From an uncultured Gemmatimonadota bacterium (GTDB lineage Bacteria; Gemmatimonadota; Gemmatimonadetes; Palauibacterales; KS3-K002): a DNA stretch of 64,000 nucleotides. The position numbers and the translations under genes were made by a program. The notes below the pieces were generated by a model. It did no database searches, was not told the DNA's origin, and saw nothing but the letters and a program-made list of their open reading frames with translations. Below, piece by piece: positions 55,292 to 64,000 of this stretch. The stretch spans positions 46,169 to 110,168 of the forward strand of contig CAYFSW010000170.1 in the NCBI GenBank assembly GCA_964345885.1, given 5' to 3'. The first letter of the stretch is position 1; the number at the start of each line of letters is the position of its first letter.

Positions 55292-58200
55292 TGACCTGGA
55301 AAGAGCGACTGATCGGTATCCCGCTGGCCTTGGCCGGAGCGGTTCTGCTCGTGGCGACGGCCTCGGGCATGATGTTCACGCGTACCGACTGGGGTCGTGA
55401 ACGTGTGCGCCACTTCGCGCTCGAGAAACTCAATGAAGCGATCGCCGGTCGCGTGGAGATTGACGAGGTACTTGAAGGCGATTTGTTGCGGACGGTGCGG
55501 ATGGCAGGGGTGAGAATCTTCGAGCCCGACGGTAGCGAGTTCGCCCGCATTGATACCATCGCGGTCCACTACCGCTGGTCCGACTTCCTCTTCGGCAACG
55601 TCACGGTTCCGAAAGTCACTCTCATCGGTCCGGTCGCCAACCTGAGGACGACCCGCGGAGCAGGCTGGAACTTCGAGAGGGTTTTCAGCGGGCGCGGTGC
55701 CGGTTCGGCCGACAGCACGGCCGCTCCCAGTGGGAGCGGCCGCGGGCGCGGGGTGGTATTGCGCGAAGTAGACATTAGGTCCGGCGATGTAACGCTCAGG
55801 TTCCCTTGGGATCCCCAGCCGGGCAGCGATCCCGACTCTTCCGCCTGGCACATCGAAGAGGTGGATGGCGGGTGGGAGCGCGTCGTCAGGGTCGAGCGGC
55901 TCAATGCAAACCTGCCTACGGCGCGCGTCGCTGCGCCAGGGGGGCAGAGCCGACTCTTCCAAGTCTCTGTGTTCAGCGGTGCGGCGACGGTCATCAGAGA
56001 GTCGTTCGAGGTAGAGCAACTGCGCGCCGACCTAGAGGTGGTGGGCGATACCTTGTTCTTCGATGTTTGGGAGGCCGATCTGCCGGACTCGCGCATCTTC
56101 GGTGAGGGCTGGGTCACGCTCGCCGGTGAACTCCAATATGACCTCGCGCTGCGGGGCGATTCTGTGACCACGGCCGACCTCTGGTGGCTGATCCCGCGAC
56201 TGCCGCCTGGCGTTGCGAATCTCGACTTCCGTTACACCAGTCTGCCTGATGGCATCTTCCTGGAAGCGCAGAACGCTCGCTGGCAGTCGCCCGACGCCAC
56301 GGTATCCGGGAGGTTCGCGATGACACTTCGCGAGCGGCCGGACGGCCTCGTGTTCGACGAGGTGGACCTGGAGGTGGAGCGGGTGCACAGCACGCTCATC
56401 GCTTCCCTTACCGGCTGGGAGCCGCCCCTACATGGCGACCTGGCCGGCCGCGTTCGGCTCGACGGCCCGCTCTCAGAACTCCAGGTCGACGGCGACCTGA
56501 GGATCACCCCCGACCAGACGGATAGCGGGTCCCACGTCATGGCTCTTGGTACGGTCCGCGCTAACGGTGGGGCTCTGGGCGCCAGAGATCTGGAAGTGCA
56601 TTTCGATACCCTGCAGCTCGATCTGGTACGTGCATTCGTGCCTGGGCTGGCGGTGAGAGGACAAGTCGCCGGCAGCGCCTCGGCGGATGGGCGACTCGCC
56701 GAAGGGATGGCCGTCTCATTCGACATCGAGCAAGCAGACGGCGAGCTGACCTCGAATCGCCTCACGGGGGGTGGGACGATCACCGCGGCTGGCGACAAGC
56801 CGCTGCAGCTCGACGTGCGGGTGGACGGCGAACGGGTCTCGCTAACCACGCTGGCCGAGTACTACCCGGCTATCCCGTTCCGCGGTGACTACGGCGGTGC
56901 TTTCAGCGCCGTCGGTGCGCTCGACGACCTCCGCGTCGAGGTCCACCTTGGTGGTGCGGGAGATTCGCTGGCCGCCGTCGCGGACCTGCAGCTGGTGGGG
57001 GGGGCGCCGCGCTATCGCGGTTCGCTGCAGGGCTGGCACGTGGGGCTCCCCGAATTCCGGCGCGGCCTGCAGCAGTCGGATCTCGACTTCCAGGTCGAGT
57101 TTGAGGGCGAGGGCATCGAACTGGCGGAGCTCGTGGCGCGCGCTCGCGCCGATGTCTCTGCCTCGTTCGTCGGCGGCGTGCGCCTCGAGTCGGCCACTGC
57201 GGAGCTTCGCGTTGCCGGTGGGCGCCTGCAGGTCGATACGTCAATCGTCGCGGCGGAGTTCGGCGAGCTTCACGCCTCGGGCGCACTGAGCCTGTCGCGC
57301 GGGTTGAGCGACAGCCTGCGGTTCGAGCTGCGGGCCGACAGTCTCGCCGCCCTCGACCCCTTGCTGTTCCCCGCCTTCGACCGGCTGCCGCTACCGACGC
57401 TGGCGACGGGCGTACCAGGGCCAGTAGCGCGGCCCGACGAGTTGCTGGGGCTCAAGGGTTCGGCTCGCGTGGTCGGTTGGCTCGTGCGCGGCTCGGGTTA
57501 CTTCGCAGTGCGCGGTAACGCGGATGCCGCGCGAGTCATGTATCGTGACTTGCAGGCCGACAGCTTGCGCGTCGACGAGTTCAATATCGGCGAAAACGCT
57601 GGACATTTCATCGCCGCCGGCACCGTCTCGGCAGGCGGCGCCAGCTTCGGCGAGATACGGTTCGACTCGCTGCAGGCGCGCGGCGGCCTCAACGACTCGC
57701 TGCTGAATGTCGAGTTCGAGATTGCCAAACCCAGCGCTACCGCTGCGGGCCGCGGTTGGGCCCGTCTCGGGACGCTGCAGCAGACGCTAGGGGTTGACTC
57801 CCTTTCGATGGTTCTGAGGGGCACTCGCTGGGACCTCGTCGAACCGGCGGAGTTCTACTTCGAGGATTCGGGGGCCCTCGCTGTCCGCGACTTCGAGCTG
57901 ACGGGCCCCGCGCGCAGTGTTTCGCTGGAAGGCTCGGTGGGGGTGTCCGGTCCGGTCTCCTTGGGCGCCCACGTCTCGGGTCTCGATCTGGTGAACTTGG
58001 CGGTGTTGTGGCCGGACAGCCTCGACGTTGCCGGTCAGGTCGAAGTGCATCTGGAGCTCTCCGGAACCGTTGGCGATCCCAGGTTACAGGGCAGCGTAGA
58101 GGTGGCGGACGGTGATCTATTCGGGATTGCCTTCTCCGGCCTGCTCGGCACGTTCGACTACGAGAGCGGGGTGCTGTCCAGCGATGCCGCGATGTGGCAG

Positions 58201-59730
58201 GACACGAGGCAGCAAGTCCGGCTATACGGCAGTTTGCCACTCGACCTGGAGCTTCCCAGCTTCCGCATCGATACGCCCGAACAGCCCATCGACCTTACCT
58301 TCGAGGGCGACAGCGTTCCGCTGACCCTTATAACACTGCTTACCGATCAGCTGACCGATATCCACGGCCACGCCAGGGCGGCGATTCACATCGGCGGGAC
58401 ACCGGAGGATGTCGACCTTCAGGGTCCGATGAGAGTGGTGAACGGCGGCTTCCGGATCCCCAGGACCGGGATCACCTACGAAGGGCTGGAGGGTGATCTG
58501 CAGTTCAACGGCGTCCGGATGGAACTCGACAGTGTTGCGGTGCGTGCCGTGCAAGGGGGGCGCGGTACTCTCACGGGGTCGGTCAGCTTCGCCGACCTTG
58601 GCAACCCCGAGTTCGCGCTCCAGTTAGTCGCGGTGGAGCTCACGGGCTACGATCAGTTCGACGCCCGGATCGTGGCATCGGGCACCGTTGAGCTGGAAGG
58701 TCCGTATGACATGCCGCACATCGCGGGCGACCTGTCAGTGGTGAGCGGTGTTTTGTTTATCGAGGAGATTGGACGCCAGGCCGAGATCATCGACCCGTTC
58801 GAGGAGCTCAGGGGGAATCTGGCGATGTTCGACACGATATTCGTGTTCGAAAGGACGTTGGGACCTCGAACGGGCAACCGATTCCTTGACAACCTGGTAA
58901 TCGATCTGAGTCTCAACCTGGAGCGCGATACCTGGTTGCGGTCCAAGGAGATGAATGTCGAGATCGCTGGCAGACTGACGCTTCATCAGGATCGGGCGCG
59001 AGATATCCTGAGGATGAACGGGATGCTTCAGGCGGTGCGCGGCGAGTACTGGTTCTTCAACAAGCGGTTCGCTGTCCTCGAGGGTACCATCGAGTTCGTC
59101 GGCGAGCCGGCCATGAACCCGAACTTGAGAATCGTCGCGCTCTACACCGTGCGAACACAGAAGCAGCCAGTCAACATACGCCTCGTTATAGGCGGAACCC
59201 TCGAGGAGATGACGCTTGCCCTGGAGAGCGATGCACAGCCCCCGATCCCCGAATCGGACCTGCTCTCCTACCTCTTGTTCGGTAGGCCTTCCTACGAGCT
59301 TACCCGGACCAGCGAGGAGAGTAACCTGCTGCAAGATGCCACGCGGGGCGTACCTCAGGCATTCGTCGGCTACGCGCTCGGTTCGTTGTTGGTCGGCGAA
59401 TCGTTCATTTCCTACGTCGAGGTGAGTCGCAACCCGATCACCCCGGAAGCCGAGGGTGAGTACCGTAGCGGTGCTGGCCCGGCGCTGGCCGCGACCCAGG
59501 TGGAAGTGGGCTGGTACCTGGCGCCTACTGTCTTCGTAAGCGTTGCCCAGCACTTGGTCGGCGCCGTGCGGCCGACCGTCCGGCTCGAGTGGAGGCTGGA
59601 CGAGAGGTTCACGCTGCGCGGCGTCACGGAGCCGCGCTTCGGGCGCGAGGGTACACTCTTCTACGGCGGACCGGCTACCGATCTCGAGCAGTCGATAGGC
59701 CTCTTCCTCTTCTACGGCTGGGGTTACTGA
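55291..59730 (+). CDS. tamB: translocation and assembly module subunit TamB (AsmA-like, DUF490 C-terminus)
   Basis: 1479 aa. N-terminal signal-anchor followed by a long beta-rich repetitive region. GTG overlaps the tamA stop (TAGTG). Confidence 0.7.
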   Translation: MTWKERLIGIPLALAGAVLLVATASGMMFTRTDWGRERVRHFALEKLNEAIAGRVEIDEVLEGDLLRTVRMAGVRIFEPDGSEFARIDTIAVHYRWSDFLFGNVTVPKVTLIGPVANLRTTRGAGWNFERVFSGRGAGSADSTAAPSGSGRGRGVVLREVDIRSGDVTLRFPWDPQPGSDPDSSAWHIEEVDGGWERVVRVERLNANLPTARVAAPGGQSRLFQVSVFSGAATVIRESFEVEQLRADLEVVGDTLFFDVWEADLPDSRIFGEGWVTLAGELQYDLALRGDSVTTADLWWLIPRLPPGVANLDFRYTSLPDGIFLEAQNARWQSPDATVSGRFAMTLRERPDGLVFDEVDLEVERVHSTLIASLTGWEPPLHGDLAGRVRLDGPLSELQVDGDLRITPDQTDSGSHVMALGTVRANGGALGARDLEVHFDTLQLDLVRAFVPGLAVRGQVAGSASADGRLAEGMAVSFDIEQADGELTSNRLTGGGTITAAGDKPLQLDVRVDGERVSLTTLAEYYPAIPFRGDYGGAFSAVGALDDLRVEVHLGGAGDSLAAVADLQLVGGAPRYRGSLQGWHVGLPEFRRGLQQSDLDFQVEFEGEGIELAELVARARADVSASFVGGVRLESATAELRVAGGRLQVDTSIVAAEFGELHASGALSLSRGLSDSLRFELRADSLAALDPLLFPAFDRLPLPTLATGVPGPVARPDELLGLKGSARVVGWLVRGSGYFAVRGNADAARVMYRDLQADSLRVDEFNIGENAGHFIAAGTVSAGGASFGEIRFDSLQARGGLNDSLLNVEFEIAKPSATAAGRGWARLGTLQQTLGVDSLSMVLRGTRWDLVEPAEFYFEDSGALAVRDFELTGPARSVSLEGSVGVSGPVSLGAHVSGLDLVNLAVLWPDSLDVAGQVEVHLELSGTVGDPRLQGSVEVADGDLFGIAFSGLLGTFDYESGVLSSDAAMWQDTRQQVRLYGSLPLDLELPSFRIDTPEQPIDLTFEGDSVPLTLITLLTDQLTDIHGHARAAIHIGGTPEDVDLQGPMRVVNGGFRIPRTGITYEGLEGDLQFNGVRMELDSVAVRAVQGGRGTLTGSVSFADLGNPEFALQLVAVELTGYDQFDARIVASGTVELEGPYDMPHIAGDLSVVSGVLFIEEIGRQAEIIDPFEELRGNLAMFDTIFVFERTLGPRTGNRFLDNLVIDLSLNLERDTWLRSKEMNVEIAGRLTLHQDRARDILRMNGMLQAVRGEYWFFNKRFAVLEGTIEFVGEPAMNPNLRIVALYTVRTQKQPVNIRLVIGGTLEEMTLALESDAQPPIPESDLLSYLLFGRPSYELTRTSEESNLLQDATRGVPQAFVGYALGSLLVGESFISYVEVSRNPITPEAEGEYRSGAGPALAATQVEVGWYLAPTVFVSVAQHLVGAVRPTVRLEWRLDERFTLRGVTEPRFGREGTLFYGGPATDLEQSIGLFLFYGWGY

Positions 59731-59758
59731 CGGGGAGCAGTGGGCAGTGGGCAGTGAG

Positions 59759-59793
59759 TGGTGAGCGGTAGCCCGTGCTGCTCACCGCTCACT
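59759..59793 (+). terminator. hairpin downstream of tamB (possible terminator)
   Basis: GTGAGCGGT-(loop)-ACCGCTCAC stem about 30 nt after the tamB stop. No U-tract. Confidence 0.3.
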
Positions 59794-59909
59794 CGTACAC
59801 CGCTCACCTCTTACTGGAACCGCGCCTGGCTTTCGCTTAACTTGGCAAGACCAACAAAGGAATACGGGTGCAGCAAGGGCGGGCCGCTAACCCTGCCCAG
59901 GAGAGAAGT

Positions 59910-60737
59910 ATGGGGAACTACGCAAAGATCTTCGGCCTCATGGCGGCGCTTACCGCTCTGGTTCTCGGCATCGCCTATTCAGCCGGCGGACCGGGTGCAT
60001 TGGTGCCGGCCCTGGTCTTGGTGGGACTGTTCAACTTCGGGATGTATTGGTTCAGTGACTCGGCAGTGCTACGCATGTATCGGGCGCGGGTGATCGAGCC
60101 GGGTGACCAGCCGGCGCTCTACGAGATGGTCGACCAGCTGCGCCAGCGTGCGGGGTTGCCGATGCCAAGAGTCGCCATCGCGCCCAGCCGGCAGCCCAAC
60201 GCGTTCGCCACGGGACGAAACCCGCAGCGCGCTGTCGTCTGCTTCACCGAGGGCATCCTAGCGGGGCTGAGCCGGGAAGAACTGGAGGGGGTCGCAGCGC
60301 ATGAGCTGGCCCATATCAAGAACCGCGACATGCTTACGAACACCGTGGCAGCGACTATGGCGGGCGCCGTGATGATCCTGGCGCGGTTCGCTTTCTTCTT
60401 CGGCGGACGGGACCGCAACGCAATCGCTGGCCTTGCCATGCTGATCTTGGCACCGCTCGCTGCGTTCCTCGTGCAGATGGCGATCAGCCGCCAGATGGAA
60501 TTCCGCGCCGACCGTGTCGGCGCCCAGATCGCCGGCACGCCGCGCGGTCTGGCGCAGGCTCTGCTGAGATTGGAGAACCTGGCACGTCGTATCCCGATGG
60601 ACGTCAGCCCTTCCGCAGCGCATGTCTGCATCGTTAACCCCCTCCGTCGAGGTGGCCTGACGCGGCTTTTCACGACCCACCCCCCGGTGGGAGAGCGGGT
60701 CGCGCGATTGGATGAGCTGGCGGGTGCCCCTGCGTAG
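59910..60737 (+). CDS. htpX: zinc metalloprotease HtpX (M48 family)
   Basis: HELAHIKNRD HExxH motif within four TM segments. RBS GGAGAGAAG upstream of ATG 59910. Confidence 0.85.
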   Translation: MGNYAKIFGLMAALTALVLGIAYSAGGPGALVPALVLVGLFNFGMYWFSDSAVLRMYRARVIEPGDQPALYEMVDQLRQRAGLPMPRVAIAPSRQPNAFATGRNPQRAVVCFTEGILAGLSREELEGVAAHELAHIKNRDMLTNTVAATMAGAVMILARFAFFFGGRDRNAIAGLAMLILAPLAAFLVQMAISRQMEFRADRVGAQIAGTPRGLAQALLRLENLARRIPMDVSPSAAHVCIVNPLRRGGLTRLFTTHPPVGERVARLDELAGAPA

Positions 60738-60744
60738 AGAACCC

Positions 60745-61656
60745 ATGGACGGATCCGCGACGGGCGGTCTCTTTGTCATCCACAACCCGGCGGCGGGGCC
60801 GACACAGGCCGAGCGCCTGCAGCGCCGAGTCGAGACCGCGCTTTCCCAGCGCCAGGTGCCCTATGAGTACGCGCGCACCGAAGCGCCGGGTCACGCTCGC
60901 GAGCTTGCCGCGGCGGCGCTGGCCAGCGGTTACGGCCGCGTGCTCGTTGCCGGTGGTGACGGAACGGTGCTCGAAGCGGTGTCAGTCCTCGTGGACCGCG
61001 AGTCCGCTCTGGCGCTATTGCCTGTCGGCACGGGCAACCAGCTGGCAGCGAATCTTGGCGTCCCGACTAGAATGGGGGCGGCGCTCGACGTCGCTCTGGC
61101 GGGGCAGGTGCGGGAGATCGATGTCGGGATGATGGACGAGCAACCGTTCACAATCATCGCCGGTGCGGGGTTCGACGCCGAGGTCGTGCGTCCGCGGTCG
61201 GAGATCAAGAAGCGACTGGGCTATCTGGCATACCTACATGCGGCGACGGCAGCCGCCTTCGCGCCGCGCCCATCGACTCTGCGTATCATCGTCGACGGCG
61301 AGGAACACGTCATCGACGGCATCGGAGTCGAGGTGGCCAACATGCCCGGGCTGACGGCACCGCTGCTGAGGCGACCCGTGGATCTCGTCCCGGACGGGCG
61401 GCCCGACGATGGACTGCTCGACGTCTGCGTGCTGGCGGTCACGACGACTGCTGACTTTCTGTCGGCGATGGGTTCGATCATCGCACGGCGCTATCGGCGG
61501 AATCCGCGGCTGCGCTACTTCCGCGGGCGTGAGGTCATGGTCGAAGCCGATCCTCCACTTCCCGTACAGATCGATGGCGAACGGCTGGAGAGGACGACAC
61601 CGTTCGCCTCCTACATTCGTCCCCGAGCACTGAGAGTTTTGGTTCCCGTCGAATAG
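60745..61656 (+). CDS. diacylglycerol kinase catalytic-domain family lipid kinase (YegS-like)
   Basis: DAGK_cat motifs: [12 protein letters not shown] and [11 protein letters not shown]. Confidence 0.75.
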   Translation: MDGSATGGLFVIHNPAAGPTQAERLQRRVETALSQRQVPYEYARTEAPGHARELAAAALASGYGRVLVAGGDGTVLEAVSVLVDRESALALLPVGTGNQLAANLGVPTRMGAALDVALAGQVREIDVGMMDEQPFTIIAGAGFDAEVVRPRSEIKKRLGYLAYLHAATAAAFAPRPSTLRIIVDGEEHVIDGIGVEVANMPGLTAPLLRRPVDLVPDGRPDDGLLDVCVLAVTTTADFLSAMGSIIARRYRRNPRLRYFRGREVMVEADPPLPVQIDGERLERTTPFASYIRPRALRVLVPVE

Positions 61657-61677
61657 AGAGGTGTGGGTGTAGTTCTG

Positions 61678-64000
61678 ATGCACGGCGAGTTCCTGATCGT
61701 CCGCGGCGCGCGAGAACATAACCTCAAGAACATCGATGTCCGGGTCCCCCGAAACGAGCTCACGGTCATCACCGGGCTCTCGGGGTCCGGGAAGTCGAGT
61801 CTCGCGTTCGATACGATCTACGCGGAGGGCCAGCGTCGATACGTCGAGTCTTTGTCCGCTTATGCCCGCCAGTTCCTGGGGCTCATGGAGAAGCCGGATG
61901 TCGACTCGATCGAGGGCCTGTCGCCGGCAATCTCTATCGAGCAGAAAACGGCGGGTCGGAACCCCCGCTCCACGGTCGGGACGATCACCGAGATCTACGA
62001 CTACCTGCGATTGTTGTGGGCACGCTGCGGAACACCTCATTGCCCATCCTGCTCGAAACCAATCCGCCGGCAGACACCGGAGCAGGTGGCCGATGCCGTC
62101 CTGAGCTGGCCGGAGAAGACTCGAATCGAAGTGCTTGCCCCGCTCGTCAGGGGCAGGAAGGGCGAGTTCAGAGATCTGTTCGAGCGGGCACGCAAAGACG
62201 GTTTCGTGCGTGTCCGCGTGGACGGCGACACCTACGATCTGAACGAGCCGCCGAAGCTGAACCGCCGGGTGAACCACGACATCGCGATCGTCGTCGACCG
62301 GTTGAGTGTGCGGGCTGCTGACAGAGCCCGCTTGACCGACTCGATCGAGCTCGCGCTACGTTCTGCCGACGGGGTAGTGCAGATCGATCGCTATGCCGAT
62401 GGTGGAGAGCGTGAGAGCCAGCTCTTCAGCGAACGCTACGCATGCCCCGACTGCGGCATAAACCTGCCCGAGCTCGAGCCGCGCCAGTTCTCGTTCAACT
62501 CGCCGTACGGCGCCTGCCCGGCCTGCGGTGGCCTCGGCGTGCGGAAGGTGGCGAACCCCGATCTGATGCTTGCCGACTCACGGCTCTCGCTGCTCGAGGG
62601 TGTCCTCATACCCTGGGGCTCACCGGTCGGGTTCCTGCGCAAGCGTGTCATCGAACCACTGGCTCGCAAGCACGGTATTGGGTCGAACACGCCGTGGTCC
62701 GATCTGCCGGAGGCCATGCGGAAAGAGGTGCTGTTCGGGTCCGACGACCTCGAGTGGGAGGGTGCGTTGGCTCGGCTCGAGCGTCGTTACCACGAGACGG
62801 CCAGTGACCGGCTCCGGGCGCGGCTCTCGGAGTTCATGTCCGACGCACTCTGTTCCGACTGCGGCGGTGCCCGACTTCGTGGCGCGGCGCTGGCGGTCAC
62901 CTTCGAGGGCGTGTCGATTGGTCAGATCGTCGGTATGACGGCGGCCCGCGTGTGGGAATTCTTCGCCACCAGGCGCTCTCACTCCGATGACCCGGTCGCC
63001 GGACCCATCCTCAAACAGATCGTCGAGCGACTGCAGTTCCTTCACGATGTGGGAGTCAGCTACCTGACGCTAGGCCGCAGCGCAGAGAGCCTGTCGGGCG
63101 GGGAGGCCCAGCGCATTCGGTTGGCCACGCAGATCGGCTCCAGGCTGGTGGGTGTGCTCTATATCCTCGACGAGCCCTCGATCGGCCTCCACCAGCGCGA
63201 CAACGCGAAGCTGCTGAGTACCCTTGAGTCGCTCCGCGATCTTGGCAATACGGTGATCGTTGTAGAGCACGACGAGGCGACAATTCGACGTGCCGACCAC
63301 GTGGTCGACCTGGGGCCCGGCGCTGGTCGCAGCGGCGGAGAGGTGGTCGCGCAGGGAAAGCTCGACGATGTGTTGACCTGCCAGGACTCGTTGACCGGTG
63401 CGTACCTGCGCGGCGAGCGGAAGATAGATGTGCCGAAAACGCGAAGGCCGGGTTCCGGCGAACAGCTGGTCGTGCGCGGCGCTCGCCAGTACAACCTAAA
63501 GAACATCGACGTAGGATTCCCGATCGGTTGCTTCATCTGCGTCACAGGCGTGTCGGGCTCGGGAAAGTCGACGCTTGTCGAAGAGATCCTCTATCGTGAA
63601 CTGGCTCGCAGACTTTACCGCTCACGACTCATCCCTGGCGACCACGAGGGTTTTGAGGGTTTGGAGCATATCGAAAAGGTCATCGATGTCGATCAGTCAC
63701 CGATCGGGAGAACACCGCGATCCAATCCGGCAACCTATGCCGGAGTCTTCACACCCATACGCCAGCTTTTCGCCCAGTTACCCGAGTCACGAATGCGCGG
63801 CTACGAGCCGGGGCGTTTCAGCTTCAATGTGAAGGGCGGCCGCTGTGAGGCTTGCCAGGGTGACGGCTTGGTGAAGATCGAAATGCATTTCCTGCCCGAT
63901 GTCTATGTGTCGTGCGAAGTGTGTCGCGGTCGACGATACAACCGCGAGACGCTCGAGGTCTTCTACAAAGGCAAGAATGTCGCCGATGTCCTGGCGATGA
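61678..64000 (+). CDS. uvrA: excinuclease ABC subunit A, N-terminal about 770 aa; continues past the window end
   Basis: My own translation of the frame from ATG 61678 gives [68 protein letters not shown]...CPDCGINL...CPACGGLG (Walker A plus zinc fingers). It is absent from the ORF track because it has no in-window stop. Confidence 0.9.
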   Translation, partial: MHGEFLIVRGAREHNLKNIDVRVPRNELTVITGLSGSGKSSLAFDTIYAEGQRRYVESLSAYARQFLGLMEKPDVDSIEGLSPAISIEQKTAGRNPRSTVGTITEIYDYLRLLWARCGTPHCPSCSKPIRRQTPEQVADAVLSWPEKTRIEVLAPLVRGRKGEFRDLFERARKDGFVRVRVDGDTYDLNEPPKLNRRVNHDIAIVVDRLSVRAADRARLTDSIELALRSADGVVQIDRYADGGERESQLFSERYACPDCGINLPELEPRQFSFNSPYGACPACGGLGVRKVANPDLMLADSRLSLLEGVLIPWGSPVGFLRKRVIEPLARKHGIGSNTPWSDLPEAMRKEVLFGSDDLEWEGALARLERRYHETASDRLRARLSEFMSDALCSDCGGARLRGAALAVTFEGVSIGQIVGMTAARVWEFFATRRSHSDDPVAGPILKQIVERLQFLHDVGVSYLTLGRSAESLSGGEAQRIRLATQIGSRLVGVLYILDEPSIGLHQRDNAKLLSTLESLRDLGNTVIVVEHDEATIRRADHVVDLGPGAGRSGGEVVAQGKLDDVLTCQDSLTGAYLRGERKIDVPKTRRPGSGEQLVVRGARQYNLKNIDVGFPIGCFICVTGVSGSGKSTLVEEILYRELARRLYRSRLIPGDHEGFEGLEHIEKVIDVDQSPIGRTPRSNPATYAGVFTPIRQLFAQLPESRMRGYEPGRFSFNVKGGRCEACQGDGLVKIEMHFLPDVYVSCEVCRGRRYNRETLEVFYKGKNVADVLAM

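Overview
High-GC (~67%) bacterial chromosomal segment, probably from a diderm given TamA/TamB, Lgt, a TonB-like protein, lipoproteins and SPOR. Almost all real genes are on the + strand, tightly packed, and many are translationally coupled (ATGA, GTGA and TGATG overlaps) with frequent GTG/TTG starts. Content is mostly core housekeeping: folE (3' end), mutS, ddl, yebC-ruvC-ruvA-ruvB, queA-tgt-yajC, def-fmt-thiE-thiS-thiG-rsmB, tsaD, lgt, tamA/tamB, htpX and uvrA (5' part). There are four – strand genes: nadA, an M20 peptidase, a DUF1499 protein and a lipoprotein. Two RNA genes are visible: tRNA-Arg(TCG) near 21.65 kb and RNase P RNA (rnpB) near 23.04-23.43 kb. Most long minus-strand ORFs in the track are antisense artefacts of high GC. 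The main unexplained structure is a dispersed family of intergenic elements built from degenerate 8-10 bp tandem units (GGGAATYC / CCGTGGAATC), present three times, once inverted. One copy sits with a strong terminator between an ECF sigma factor gene and its ZAS anti-sigma gene. Also notable: an EF-G paralog with Tyr in place of the catalytic His (DTPGY) and SMMD in place of NKMD, a cutA-TPR-transglutaminase-like-ABC exporter operon, and thiESG embedded inside the def-fmt-rsmB operon. No CRISPR array, transposase or obvious defence or toxin module is visible.
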